DNA from: Zootoca vivipara | Lineage: Eukaryota | Length of the DNA: 64,000 bases | Assembly: GCF_963506605.1 (NCBI RefSeq) | Contig: NC_083288.1 | Span: 25,730,001-25,794,000 of the forward strand | Direction: 5' to 3' | Position numbers and translations under genes: made by a program | The notes under the pieces: model-generated | The model's input: only the letters and a program-made list of their open reading frames with translations | The model's database searches: none | Told to the model about the DNA's origin: nothing | Shown here: piece by piece, positions 12,395 to 25,514 of the stretch | Layout: each line of letters opens with the position of its first letter | Numbering within the stretch: the stretch's first letter is position 1

Positions 12395-12973
12395 GTACTG
12401 CAAGGCCCCCGGCCGAGGGAGGGCCACGCCCACCGCCTAGGACGAGGCGCAAGGCGCATAGCCACGCCCACAAATGACTGTGCCCTCCCAGTGTTTCCCC
12501 CATAGGACGGCTTGGTGGCACCGCCTACTCGCCCTCTCGACCAATTCCTGGCGCTCTTTCCCGCTGCCCTCTGTGGGAGGGGGTTAATCGCGGACAGTAG
12601 CGTCTGAGCATGTGCAGAGTGTATTTTCCAATTAAATTGGCAATGGTTTTGGGGTGTAGTGCCGATCTGATGTTACCCCCCCTGCCCCTCTTAACTGTGC
12701 AGTCCTACTCAGAAGTAAGCCTCACTGAGTTGAATTTGCACATAGGGTTGCAGCCTGGGGCTCTAGAGCAGCGAGGCTGCGCACACAGCTGTTGCACTGC
12801 TGCATCGTTATTTGCAAGCAGGACTGTGCTATGCCCCAAAAAGGGCTGCTGGGGCAGCTGCTCCGTCTCTCTCCCTGCTTCAGGCCTTGCGAGCTGTCTC
12901 TTGTTTATTATTGTTGTTTTACTTATTTAGGCTGTTCATATCTCATCCTGAATTAGGGAGAGTAGCCGTTCCT

Positions 12974-13627
12974 TTGTTGTTGTTGTTGATTTTGTTGTTG
13001 TTGTTGTTAGCTTCGAGAACACTGCCCAACCATCTTGTCCTCTGTTGTTCCCTTCTCCTTGTGCCCTCCATCTTTCCCAACATCAGGGTCTTTTCCAGGG
13101 AGTCTTGTCTTCTCATGAGGTGGCAAAAGTATTGGAGCCTCAGCTCAGCTTCAGGATCTGTCCTTCCAGTGAGCACTCAGGGCTGATTTCCTTCAGAATG
13201 GATAAGCTTGATCTTCTTGCAGTCCATGGGACTCTCAAGAGTCTCCTCCAGCACCATAATTCAAAAGCATCAATTCTTCGGCGATCAGCCCTCTTTATGG
13301 TCCAGCTCTCACTTTCATACATCACTACTGGGAAAACCATAGCTTTAACTATACAGACCTTTGTCGGCAAGGTGATGTCTCTGCTTTTAAAGATGCTGTC
13401 TAGGTTTGTCATTGCTTTTCTCCCAAGAAGCAGGCATCTTTTAATTTCGTGACTGCTGTCACCATCTGCAGTGATCATGGAATTCAAGAAAGTAAAATCT
13501 CTCACTGCCTCCATTTCTTCCCCTTCTATTTGCCAGGAGGTGATGGGACCAATGGCCATTATCTTAGTTTTTTTATGTTAAGCTTCAGGCCATATTTTGC
13601 ACTCTCCTCTTTCACCCTCATTAAGCC
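12974..13627 (-). mobile_element. Bov-B LINE fragment in PGAP3 intron 1
   Basis: Minus ORF 13140-13559 is a Bov-B RT C-terminus; (TTG)n tail on the left. Confidence 0.9.
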
Positions 13628-14781
13628 ATTCCTTACCCATTAGGTAAAGACAACTATTTTCTAACGTTTTAAAGTATCTCTCTTCAAGTGAGATTCTCCC
13701 CTCCCCAATTGATTTATTTCTCCCAGGTTTCTTATGGCGCTGTTGAAAGTGAGCCCATTGAGTGGCTTGTTGTAGCATTCACTGCTAGGTATGTGGTTCA
13801 ACTTCTTATCTGCCCTCCACGTTTCTTGGAGGTTATAGCAAGTAAGTGGGAAGAAGCCACAATTCTTTCATTAACTAGGTTGCTTGTGGGTGGCATAACA
13901 TGCACCATCGTTTACATGCAGTTGGATCTTCTGTACATTTATTCAGAAGTAAGCCTTCTGAGTTCAGTTATATATACACCCCAATTAAAGCAGGCAATGT
14001 GATGTTGTGGTTAAGAGTGTTGGATAATCTCTGCTCAGTCTTGTAGGCCACTGGGTGGCCTTTGGCTAGTAGCTATATCTCAGTGTAACCTAACACAAAG
14101 GGTTGTTGTGAAAATAAAAAGGGTGCCACTTTGAGCCTCTTCAAGGGAAAATGGGATACAAAATAAAATAAGTGTATATGATTGCAACCCTAACATCCCT
14201 CACTCTGCCTCTCTCACTCAGGAAACCTTAACCCCTCTTGCCCATTACATCTCCTATTCAATAGTTATATATGTGTGGCAGAACTGACAGACCCAGGTTT
14301 CAAACATACATTTAATTTTGAGAAATCCACATGGCAAGGGAGTTGGAACCTGTGGTCCTCTAGATCCTGGATTACCATCCCCACCACCTTGGATGCTGTC
14401 TGGGTCTGATGGCAGTTGGAGTCCAAAAACATCTGGTTCCATACTGCAGTCATATGGGTTATCAGATTGTAGCTCTATTATGTAGTTGCATTTGCAGGTT
14501 TCCTGATTCCAAGCAGAAAACATGCAATATATGCTTCATTTAAAACAAACAAGTTAACTGTCAGAATTCATCCTGGCAACAAGTGGCTGGCCAGGATGAG
14601 ATAAAGTCAGACATCCATAAATTATGGTCCCTTAAAATAAAACAAACTCGGCAAATCTGAGTACGCTCCCCCCCCCCCTGGTATTTTAAAATTATTTCAC
14701 AGAGTTGCATTGCATTCAGGCGTCAGGCAAATGAATTCATTTGCACTAATTTTAATTTGTCCTCCCCCAACCGTATTCTAG

Positions 14782-14879
14782 GATGGACCTGCAGAGATGA
14801 ATGTAAATATGAATGTATGTGGTTGACGGTGGGCCTTTACGTCCAGGAAGGATACAAAGTGCCTCAGTTTCATGGAAAG
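14782..14879 (+). CDS. PGAP3: PGAP3 exon 2
   Basis: (G)[32 protein letters not shown], 98 nt, AG/GTAAGT. Confidence 0.95.
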
Positions 14880-14899
14880 GTAAGTAACATTTGTGTGCA

Positions 14900-15385
14900 G
14901 CAGCTGGGAAACGTTGGGAAATCATTGAAATAGGAATTGAAAATGAAGCTGCTATCATAATGCTGTTACACAAACCTGTGGCACAACTGCATTTGGAATA
15001 CTGTGAACCGTTCTGGTTGTCTTGCCTCCAAAAGGATATTGCAGAGTTGGAAAAGTTTCAGAAAAGGGCAACCAAACACAGCAACTGTGGGCCTTTGATC
15101 AGGGTGCATGGCTGTTGCATCCCCACACCATCCTCCCCGAGTCGCTTTGCAGGGCTCGGATCTGGGGACAGTGGCGCGAGGAAGGTGCAGCAGCAGCCAT
15201 GCTGCTTGGGGCTGGTGCGTCGACAGACCCACACACTGCGCGTAGCTTGGAGACACACTCCACCACAGGGGCAAGATTCAGGACGGATAAAAGAAAGAAC
15301 TTCCCCACACAACGCATAGTTAAACTGTGCAACTCGCTCCCACGGGAGGCAGTGATGGCTGCCAGTTTGGATGGCTTCAAAAGAG
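14900..15385 (+). mobile_element. Degenerate CR1 LINE 3' fragment
   Basis: HLEYC...KDIAELEKFQKRATK peptide and CR1-like 3' tail (ttcaggacggataaaag...gtgatggctgccagtttggatggcttcaaaag). Confidence 0.6.
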
Positions 15386-15721
15386 CTGCCCGAGAGAGAA
15401 AGAAAGAGCTTGAAACTTACCAGATAGTTGGTAGTAACTTTGAACCCTCCTGGGATGGGATTTTGTTTTGTAGTGGAGGTTTCTACAAAAGTGGGTCACC
15501 TGACATCATTGTGATGTTAAGTGAGTGACCTGTGGGAGTAGCCCTCCAAGGGTGGTGGTGGTGGTGGGGAGCCCAGGATCTGGCCCACTGGCCAAATCCA
15601 GTTCCCCACCATTGCCTCAAACCGTCCTGAAAGAGCATGTATACCTTCTCATTTCTGGTTGATGACATATTTTTTTCCCCTTCTTCTTCTCCCTCCCTTG
15701 TTTTCCCACCCGACCCCTCAG

Positions 15722-15874
15722 TGGCCCTTTTCCCGCTTCCTGTTTTTCCAGGAGCCTGCTTCTGCCTTTGCTTCGTTCCTTAACGGACTTGCCAATTTAG
15801 TGATGCTGAACAGATATAAAGCTGCTGTCCCCCGTTCTTCTCCCATGTACCATACCTGCATTGCCTTTGCTTGG
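15722..15874 (+). CDS. PGAP3: PGAP3 exon 3
   Basis: [22 protein letters not shown]...YHTCIAFAW, 153 nt, AG/GTAAGT. Confidence 0.95.
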
Positions 15875-16296
15875 GTAAGTCATTCTGGACGGTTAATTTC
15901 TCACCACGGCAAGATGGGTGCCTTAGCTTCCTTCTCGTCTTTTCAAAGAGGTGGGAAACATGGAGAACAGAAAAGACAAGGAAGGCTTCCTGTTGCTTGA
16001 GATCTTGATGGGAAGGAAGGGGGGGGAGGACACGACAGGTCATCCCCTACAAGAGGAGTCACAGAAACACACGGTGTTCTGCTCCTCAGTCCAGGCTGTC
16101 TCAAAAAATGCAGAGCAAAGTAAGGAAGTAAGGAGGGCATCTCCCATGAGGAACAAACTCGAGCCATAGTAGAGTGCAATGTGTTTCCAGTGGCATTGTG
16201 GGTATTTGGACAAAGGTTTGCTGAATTATGTGATATTTTCCTCTGTGCTTTTTTTTAAGGGTTATGTTTTGGCACAATGCTTATAGTGTTGGTTTC

Positions 16297-16320
16297 TGTT
16301 ATAGGCATTCCAAGGTCATG

Positions 16321-16389
<69 letters not shown>

Positions 16390-16959
16390 TTTGTACCCCG
16401 CCCATCCAGCTGGGTCTCCCCAGCCACTCTGGGCAGCTTCCAGCAAAGATTAAAATACAATAAAATGTCACAGATTAAAAACTTCCCTAAACAGGGCTGC
16501 CTTCAGATGTTTTCCATACATATATATATATGTACATAAATGTACAAAGCAAACACGTACATGTCTGAAATAGTACAAGAGAACAATCCTGAAGCCCAAA
16601 TTGACCTCAGATGGAAAAAGCTTTCCAATTGTCTTTGGACTGTAGGGGCTTACACATCCCTGTAAATACAGTCTGGCAAGGATCTGATAAGCTGAGCACA
16701 CTATCAATATGTGATTCAAGAACTAAGTATTTACCATCTCAAAGGAATGGCCAGGCTACCCAGAAAAGGCAATCAGATAAGACATTATCAAGTATACTGG
16801 CAGACAGGAGAGAAGCAACACTCTCAAATTTCTGCTGGGGACCACCTCTTTCTGTGATGTATGTATGATGATTTGGGGTGGTGGTGGTCTTGAGCTACAG
16901 GGTAGGCAGTTTTAAGAGCTTTCACATCTATGTTCTGGGTTCCTCCTCCCTCCTGCTTG

Positions 16960-17017
<58 letters not shown>

Positions 17018-17188
17018 CGCACCCTGTTGCAACAGTTTAATAAAGAACAGGCTTACTAGCTGCTTTGCTTCTCAATATTCTCTGGTTTGGCCTGTTATTT
17101 TCTCCTACCAATAGAGAACCTACATAAGGACTCTATACGGGCTCTTGGGTACCCCATAAGGGGAAAGGAGCAGTTTTTTCTTACATCA
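16297..17188 (+). mobile_element. Solo LTR (ERV-like) carrying (TA)n, an L2-tail insertion and (GT)n(GA)n
   Basis: TG...CA termini, 5-bp TSD GTTTC, AATAAA after accctgttgcaacag; related to the 26070 element. Confidence 0.65.
16323..16384. repeat. (TA)n microsatellite
   Basis: About 30 units seen directly. Confidence 0.95.
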
Positions 17189-17569
17189 GTTTCTATCTAG
17201 GCTTTTTCTTCTACTCTGCAGACAAATTGTGTTTTGATTCAGAAGCAGTTTGAGGGAAAGGGTGGGATAGAATTGATAGATGATGATAATAACAGATAGC
17301 ATGTATCTAGGACTTTTTGAGCGTTTCACATACAGTATTATTGCAGCAGTCCAAAAGACTAAAGAAGCATGATTCCTCTAATGTTAAAGATGGGGTGGGA
17401 CTTGCTTCTGGGTTTGCTGATTTAAGTACCGCTTATCCCGGTTATCCCAGAATGGCTCGTTTTTATTACTTCTGTGGTAGAAGCTGCTTTTAACAACCTA
17501 ACCTCATAGATAGAATGTGGTATTTTCAGGATAACCATTTCTTTCCCTGCTCCCTCACTCCCCCTGCAG

Positions 17570-17632
17570 GTTTCTTTAAATGCATGGTTCTGGTCTACAG
17601 TTTTTCATACTCGAGAAACGAATCTAACTGAG
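17570..17632 (+). CDS. PGAP3: PGAP3 exon 4
   Basis: [21 protein letters not shown] (CREST-superfamily SxxFH motif), 63 nt, AG/GTGAG. Confidence 0.95.
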
Positions 17633-17731
17633 GTGAGCAATTTTGCTCTCGTATCATGAAAATTGTTGGTATGGGGCCCGAGGGAATTTTGAAGGCATGG
17701 CAAAAACCTCTCTAGTGGGTTAAAAACAAAT

Positions 17732-18091
17732 AAAGGTAAAGGTAAAGGGGCCCCTGACCATCAGGTCCAGTCGTGTCCGACTCTGGGGTTGTGGCGCTCA
17801 TCTTGCTCTATAGGCCGAGGGAGCCGGCGTTTGTCCGCAGACAGCTTCCGGGTCATGTGGCCAGCATGACAAAGCTGCTTTTGGCGAACCAGAGCAGCAC
17901 ACGGAAACGCCGTTTACCTTCCCGCCGGAGCGGTCCCTATTTATCTACTTGCACTTTGATGTGCTTTCGAACTGCTAGGTGGGCAGGAGCTGGGACCGAG
18001 CAACAGGAGCTCACCCCGTTGCAGGGATTCGAACCGCCGACCTTCTGATCAGCAAGCCCTAGACTCTGTGATTTAACTCACAGCGCCACCT
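17732..18091 (-). mobile_element. Sauria SINE
   Basis: (AAAGGT)n tail on the left (ACCTTT on minus), tRNA-like head with GGTTCGAATCC B-box on minus. Confidence 0.88.
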
Positions 18092-18564
18092 AAAAAAACA
18101 AATAGATAAGGTAAATGGTAGAAAAAAGGAAGTTATGTGAACCCCAGGTAAATAGTGCAGCCACCATGACAGCATAATCCTAACTATGTTTACTCCGAAG
18201 TAAATCCTATTGAATTCATTGGGGGTTCATCCCAGGGAAGTGAGGTTAGGATTCTATCCTGAGACTTGGTTTCAGATATGTGTGCTCAGGATCATCATCT
18301 CGTCAAGGTGTTTTTGAGGTCGGATAGGAGGACAGCTATCACCAGGAAGAACCTTCCCTGTTGGGTGTTAAAAATACTACTAGTAGGCTTCTGAGTATTT
18401 GCAGGCCACAATCCCAGGGGAAAGAGAGAAAACTTTCAATGCAGTTCCATGTTACTGGAGAAAAGCCATGAATAAACATGAATACCACAAGGATTTTCTA
18501 AAGAGAACGCGTAGCACTGAATGAGAACTGGCCCCGATTTCTAACGACATTTCTCTTCCCACAG

Positions 18565-18626
18565 AAAATGGATTATTTCTGTGCATCAGCCGTCATCCTT
18601 CACTCTGTCTACCTGTGTTGCGTCCG
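18565..18626 (+). CDS. PGAP3: PGAP3 exon 5
   Basis: [20 protein letters not shown](R), 62 nt, AG/GTGAGT. Confidence 0.95.
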
Positions 18627-19383
18627 GTGAGTTTCTCTCCTCCTTAAGAACATAAGGAGAGCCTTGCAGCTGGAAAAGACCAAAGGCCCATCCCGTTCAG
18701 TGTTCTGTTATCCCACAGTGGCTAAGCAGACCGATGTGGTTGGCACAAGCCCAGTAGCACTTCCCTACTTGCAGTTTGTATCTAATCCCCTTCCCAGGCG
18801 GCTTCTGTTGGTCACCATCTTCCGGTGACAAGCTTTACCACTTGCCCTGCGAGCATATACTTTTTGTCTGTCCTGCCTCTCCCACTTTTCAACTTCACTG
18901 GTTGAAATGTTATGGTGGGGTGGGAAAACTTTTTGGGGCTCCACGGGCCAGGTCTTTATCAGCCTTGCCCACCTGTCGAAATCCCTTGCGTATCTTTGCC
19001 AGTATCCCCAGGCTCCCCCTTTAAGCCCCCGAGCTGGGAGGTTTAGGAGGGAGAGCGCAGAGAAACTCGCAAAGGCTTCAAAGCAGCTCCCACACTCCCA
19101 GTTCATTCCTCCAGAGCTGTTGGGAGCAGCTCATGTTTCCCTTTTTAAGGGAGTGGGTGAGTGGCAGCAGCAGAGAGGAGTCTCCCCTGACCACTCACAG
19201 CTCCCATGTTTAGCTTTTATTCAACAACTGGGCATCTGCAAAAGGACAGGTCGAAACCGCAAGAGGAAATGTGTGCGGACAGGATATGTGCAGATAGAGG
19301 AAGAGCAACCCAAGGACAAAGCAAAGGAACAGCAAGTAAGGAGAGCCTTCAGCACCATCTCTCTTTTTTTCCTTTTCTTTCAG

Positions 19384-19520
19384 GACTCTGGGTCTGAAAC
19401 GGCCAGCCTTTGCCACCGCCATTGGGATCTTCCTGCTCCTCTTCCTAGCCTGCCATGTGTCGTATCTGACGCTCGTGCGCTTTGACTATGGTTACAATAT
19501 GGTTGCCAATGTGGTAATAG
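19384..19520 (+). CDS. PGAP3: PGAP3 exon 6
   Basis: [45 protein letters not shown](G), 137 nt. Confidence 0.95.
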
Positions 19521-19811
19521 GTGAGGGCGGTGGAGCAATGTTCTTCCCCTGCGGCAGGGGTTGGTTGGTATGGAGGTGTAGCCCAGCAGATAACCTTTGT
19601 ATGGCCTTCTCCACTTACGCCAGGTCAAGGTCTCTCATCTGGGCAGCCAGAACCTCCATACACACTGCCCAGGCTTGTGCACCAGGGAGGTCACTTTAGT
19701 GCCACCAATGCAGCAGTTTGACTTCACCCCCGGAGGCGCACTCCATTTTCTCTTGAGACAGGCAGATGTCAACTTGTAACTTGCTAAGAGCATTATGTAG
19801 CTACACCCTTT

Positions 19812-19857
<46 letters not shown>

Positions 19858-19866
19858 AAAATAGCT

Positions 19867-19998
19867 AAATTCCTTCCAGTAGCACCTTAGAGGCCAACTA
19901 AGTTTATCATTGGTATGAGCTTTCGTGTGCATGCTACTGGAAGGAATTTTTTTTATTTTGTTTCGACTACGCCAGACCAACACAGCTACCTACTTGTA
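19867..19998. mobile_element. Penelope-like element remnant with inverted terminal segment
   Basis: aaattccttccagtagca...tgctactggaaggaattt inversion; flanking direct repeat accaaaatagct. Confidence 0.55.
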
Positions 19999-20098
19999 AC
20001 CAAAATAGCTGTTAGCATAACTTGGAGACTGCACCAAATTACTAGAACATATCTCCCTTACTCCTTCCCTGCACTCCCAGAGCGTTTGTAGTATAGAG

Positions 20099-20234
20099 CA
20101 GTGTTTCCCAACCTTGTGCCTCCAGATGTTTTGAGACTACAATTCCCATCATCCCTAGCTAGCAAGACCAGTGGTCAGGAATGATGGGAATTGTAGTCTG
20201 AAAACAGCTGGAGGCACAAGGTTGGGAAACACTG
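20099..20234. mobile_element. 136-bp palindromic hAT MITE
   Basis: TIR CAGTGTTTCCCAACC, 8-bp TSD GTATAGAG. Confidence 0.88.
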
Positions 20235-20709
20235 GTATAGAGCACCAGGACCCTCAGGGCAGGTTCCCTGGGATCAACCAGCAAGAAAAGGGCACCTCAG
20301 TTATGGTTGTTCAGCATTATAGAGGCAAAGAGAGAGCAGGTCTGTAGATCCGTAGCGCCATGATTTCCCACAACAGTGCAAAACCTTGTGTTGTTACATA
20401 TTTGCCCAGAGCTTCCTCCCTCTGACTTCTGGCTCCATCAGGGCTTGGAAGCAGAGTCACCACTTGCAGCTCCCCAGATCTTTCTAGTTCCCTCCATACT
20501 TTCTCAGTGGATGATTCTGGGGGATGTATGCATGGGGACAGGATATTGCTGGCACTCCTTGGGATTTGGTGCTGAGGAGCAAGGGGTCTGGGGCCCAGGG
20601 CTGCTAGTGCCTCTGTTGCATCGCCATGTGCGTAACATATCTAGGTTCCTGCCCCACTGTGACTACTACCAGGCATGAAGCGCCGTCCTCTTTCTGCCGT
20701 ACCTTGCAG

Positions 20710-20914
20710 GCCTCCTCAACCTCCTCTGGTGGCTGGGTTGGTGCATGAGGAACCAACAACGCCTGCCGTACGTCTGGAAGTGTGTGGCGGTTGTGCTTCT
20801 TCTGCAAGCCTTGGCCCTCCTGGAGCTCCTGGACTTCCCCCCGCTGCTCTGGGTCTTCGATGCCCATGCCATCTGGCACATCAGCACCATCCCCGTCAAT
20901 ATCCTTTTCTACAG
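20710..20914 (+). CDS. PGAP3: PGAP3 exon 7
   Basis: [20 protein letters not shown]...[31 protein letters not shown] (HxxWH motif), 205 nt. Confidence 0.95.
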
Positions 20915-21403
20915 GTCAGCCAAGTTTGCTTGCCTTTGCGGGTGGGCCTTCTGCTGCCATTGGTTCTCTGTGATTGGTTGTCAGGGCACTGCTTGGACTC
21001 CCAACTCCCATCAGCCCCAGCCAGCATGGCGGAGGCTCGGGGATGATGGGAGTCGTGTGCTCCAGCAGCATCTTGAGTGACACACACACCACTGATCTAT
21101 TTGTTTTGTATCCCGCCTGTCATCATATTCAGGGAAGTTCACAGCACAAAAATACAAGATGAAAACACAACATGATAAAAACAAAAACCAATGCCACCAC
21201 CTCCCACTTCACTCCCACAAACACATTTGATATAGGCCTGGTTGAAGGGGAACTTCTTCACCTGGTGCTTAAAGGTGTATGTATAATGAAGGCGCCAGGC
21301 AAACTTCCCTGGGCAGAACATTCCACAAACGGGGAGCCACCACAGAAAAGGCCTGTTTTTGTGTTGCAACCAAAAATTGTCATGGAAGAGGCATGATCTG
21401 CAG

Positions 21404-21589
21404 CAGTGGTTCCTTAATACCGAAGTACTGAGTACCCCCTTGTTTTTCAAAAGCCAAACTATGGACCCTTTACTTTTGAAAAGTCAAATATATTTATGGT
21501 AGTTTTTGTTATGTGAATGATGCCATGGACCCCCGGGTGAGTTATGCAGACCCCTTGGGGTCTGCGGACCATCAACTGAGGAACCACTG
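21404..21589. mobile_element. hAT-like MITE
   Basis: CAGTGGTTCCT...AGGAACCACTG termini; imperfect 8-bp TSD atctgcag/atctagag. Confidence 0.6.
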
Positions 21590-22239
21590 ATCTAGAGCAC
21601 ATACAATCCGAAAAGCTAGAACTTGTTGGAATCTGTAGCCTGTAGCCAGTTCCATGTAATGTATTTAATATACTTTTGTGAAATGAGGCTACAAGCAGCC
21701 ATTTTCCTGGAGCATAAAGTGTATTCATTCATTCCAGCCTTCATATACAGTAGCAATGTACAGAGAAGCAAAAACAACAGGAACCTTAGGCAGACCATAC
21801 AAACCAATAGAAAAACGGGAGATACTGAATTAGATCACCAAAATTATATTTGGGAAAGGCAGTAGGGAAAAGGTGAGCTTTAAAGACCTCCTTCAATGCC
21901 CAAACTGAAAGGAGCCAAATGAATGTTGACTGAAAGAGGGTTCCACAACTGCGGGGCCACCACCAGGAAGGACCTGGTTCATGTGCTCACCAGCTCTAAT
22001 CAATTCTACCGCTGGGGCACGCAAGCAGGACCTCAGGTGTGGACCTTAGATTCGAGGGAGGGCAATATGGGTGCTGCACCTTCCTTGCGGTTCAGGTAGC
22101 TTTAGATTTTAGAAGACATCTGAAGGCAGCCCTGTTTAGGGAAGCTTTTAATTTTTAATAAACCATTGTATTTTAATATTCTGTTGGAAGCCGCCCAGAG
22201 TGGCTGGGGAAACCCAGCCAGATGGGCAGGGTATAAATA

Positions 22240-22291
<52 letters not shown>

Positions 22292-22353
22292 TAGCTGCTA
22301 TTTCTGGAGACTTGCATTTCAAGGTTTACATGGAACCTAAGGCAGGTTCTGTT

Positions 22354-22690
22354 GGGACGCGTGTCAGAGCCACAGAGCCTAGGGCTTGCCGATCAAAAGG
22401 TCGGCGGTTCAAATCCCCGCGACGGGGTGAGCTCCCGTTGCTCAGTCCCTGCTCCTGCCAACCTAGCAGTTCGAAAGCACGTCAAAGTGCAAGTAGATAA
22501 ATAGGTACCGCTACAGCGGGAAGGTAAACGGCGTTTCTGGGTGCTGCTCTGGTTCACCAGAAGCGGCTTTGTCATGCTGGCCACATGACCTGGAACCTGT
22601 ACGCCAGCTCCCTCAGCCAATAATGCGAGATGAGCGCCGCAACCCTAGAGTCGGTCACGACTGGACCTAATGGTCAGGGGTCCCTTTACC
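22354..22690 (+). mobile_element. Sauria SINE
   Basis: Reverse complement of the 17732 copy; ends ccctttacc. Confidence 0.85.
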
Positions 22691-22814
22691 TAAGGCAGGT
22701 CCTACAGGTTGAAAGACAAGATGGGGACATTCTAGTTCTAGGCATATTGGGTAGCTCAATCCATCCCTTCATTCGCCAGTCAATCCAGCAACTTCCTCTT
22801 TCCTCTCCTCGCAG

Positions 22815-22875
22815 TTTCCTTGTCGACGACAGCCTCTATCTTTTGAAGGCCAACTCCATCCTTAAAATAGACTGA
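22815..22875 (+). CDS. PGAP3: PGAP3 exon 8 (terminal)
   Basis: (S)FLVDDSLYLLKANSILKID*, polypyrimidine tract + AG; total CDS 969 nt in frame. Confidence 0.93.
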
Positions 22876-24030
22876 AGGGGCTGGTGGAGCACAGCTTGGA
22901 GAATGGCACTGGTCTCAATGGAAGACATCCATCAGTTCGTTTCCAGCATCTGAAGAGTGTGCTGTGTTCTGAGAACTGGCGGCAGTTTGCACTTCCTGTT
23001 TCTGCCCTTCTACTTCTCCAGCATCCACGTGTGGGTTCTGCTGCCATGGTGTCGTAAACTGACTGACTGCCTTTCTCCTGGATGTATCAGGATATACATC
23101 TCGCCTCTCCTGAAACTTGCGCTCGAGTTCCTCGCGCTGCCTTCCCAAGCCTTCCCATGCTTCTCTGGGGAGCTTTTGCTCGTCGCTTGTCCTAGTTGAT
23201 TCATTTTTAAACATTTCTTTTTATTATCCCGCCCCAATTAGCTCTATGGTGTTAGATCTGTTGGTCTAATATGCTTTTGCTAAGTGGACTTCCAAAAGCA
23301 GCAGGGACGATGCTTCTTGAAGCAGAATTTTCAGAAGCCTTCCTTGTCATGTGCCATGGGTGAAACTGAAATGTCAACTGTTTCAGAGAAGCAGTCCTGA
23401 CATGCTGTTTCATTGACAGGTTGCCTTTTGTTCTTTGCCAGCCCATCAGATAATACTGCTCTGCGAACACTACTTCCCCACCTGTCGTGATAAAAACAAG
23501 AACTAAGATTCCAGGTTGCAGTGACTTCTAGGAGGAAAAATGGGGCTGGGCTCAACCTGCCTAGAAGATTTTCCCTCTGACCTCGAAGCTTTGTGCACAT
23601 ACTCTTTGGTGGTGTGAGCTCTCTGTACGGGCTCAGACGAACCTTGGTTCATTCTTATTGTTTCAGAGCAGAGTCCTGGCATTAAAAACCAGGGGTTGGG
23701 CCTTGTCTCAAATTAAGTCTGAGCAGAATGGAAAAATATATATATATAAAAGACTTCTTTAAAAAAAAGAAAAGAAAACAATTGGGGTGAATCTCTGAAA
23801 TTGTTCATCATGAAGACTATTCCTTCCAGTCTGTGGAAGCTGTATTCCTGTGTTCAAGCTGCTATGCGATTCATGGGGGAAATAAATGGCATTTCTCCTT
23901 TCCCTTGACATATCTGCTCTGTTTTTAAAATAGACACGGACTGTGGTGGTGTATGAGAGAGAGAGAGAGAGGAGACTTGTCATGTCCACCAAAGTTGCAT
24001 CTAGTCTACTGACCTTGGGATGCTTACAAG

Positions 24031-24274
24031 TACAGTGGTACCTTGGAAGTCGAACGGAATCCATTCCAGAAGTCCGTTCAACTTCCAAAACCAAAGTGCA
24101 GCTTCTGATTGGCTGCAGGAAGCTCCTGCAGCCAATCGGAAGCTGCGGAAGCCACATCGGCCATTCAGGTTCCAAAGAACATTCGCAAACCAGAACAGTC
24201 ACTTCCGGGTTTGGGACATTCGGGAGCCAAAACACCCGAGTACCAAGACATTTGACAACCAATGTACGACTGTA
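24031..24274. mobile_element. Tc1/mariner MITE
   Basis: TA-CAGTGGTACCTTGG ... CCAATGTACGACTG-TA; central palindrome gattggctgcagga/tcctgcagccaatc. Confidence 0.7.
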
Positions 24275-25287
24275 AGGCCCAATTGTGTCCCCAGCATCTC
24301 TGAAATGCAGCATGGTTCCATCTTAGATTATAGTGGCTATATTATAGTGGCTAGCAGCCATTCCTGGAGACCCTTTAGCCCCCTATGAATTCTGGGGCAG
24401 AGATCTCAGCCTTGAGATCTCCTCTGTCCCATTGGTGTGGGCCTGTTTTGTCTTTTGGAAAGACTTGACATTGCAGAAGATTCCCTTTTAAGGTGGGGCT
24501 GCAGATAAGCTGCCTCAATATTTCTGGCAAAGCCGACTGATTTTGCGAACCTTCCCAGCAATTTTGGGGGCGGCGGCGGGGGGGGGGGAGCAAGTTCCCC
24601 ATGACTCATCCTAATGACACACCTCTGCAGCCCTGAAATGGCATCAAACTTGGCACCACTCTCTCCAAGCGCTGGGTTGCAGCGCTTTCAGCAAGGTGTG
24701 CACAAACACTTAAGCATTTCCTGCCAGAAAAAGAGAGACAGAGACAGCGCAGCAGGAGGAAGCCAAGACTGCCAAGGGTTCTTCAGAAAGTGACCCAAGA
24801 CAAGAGGAGAAGCAAAGTAATAGAACTGGCTGGCTTGCTGGTGTCAGGTGTTCTATGACTCGAATCAGCCACCAGGTGGCAATGGAGGCCAGTGGTGGCT
24901 TGGAAGGTACATTAATCTCAGAATTGTAGAGGGGTCCCCAAGGGTCAACTAGTCGAACCCTATGCAATGCAGGAATCTCAACTATTATTATTATTATTAT
25001 TTCTTTATACCCCGCCCATCTGGCTGGGTTTCCCCCACCACTCGGGGCGGCTTCCAACAAATACCAAAATACATTAAAATATCACAGATTAAAAACTTCC
25101 CTAAACGGGGCTGCCTTTAGGTGTTTTCTAAATGTCAGGTAGTTGTTTATCTCCTTGACCTCCGATGGGAGGGCGTTCCACAGGGCGAGCGCCACTACCG
25201 AAAAGGCCCTCTGCCTGGTTCCCTGTAGCTTTGCTTCTCGCAGCCACCCAACCTCTGCTTAAAAACCGGCAAAGTAAGGGGAGTTCA

Positions 25288-25507
25288 GGGATGCGGGTGG
25301 CGCTGTGGTCTAAACCACTGAGCCTAGGGCTTGCCGTTCAAAAGGTCGGCGGTTCGAATCCCCACAATGGGGTGAGTTCCTGTTGTTCGGTCCCAGCTCC
25401 TGCCAACCTAGCAGTTTGAAAGCACATCAAAGTGCAAGTAGATAAATAGGTACCGCTCTGGCGGGAAGGTAAATAGCGTTTCCATGCGCTGCTCTGGTTC
25501 GCCAGAA
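25288..25507 (+). mobile_element. 3'-truncated Sauria SINE
   Basis: gggatgcgggtggcgctgtgg head plus B-box; body interrupted by L2 sequence. Confidence 0.75.
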
Positions 25508-25514
25508 TGCGTTT

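Noticed and set aside
18907-19485. 192-aa plus-strand ORF in PGAP3 intron 5
   Set aside because: No homology; overlaps exon 6 in the wrong frame.
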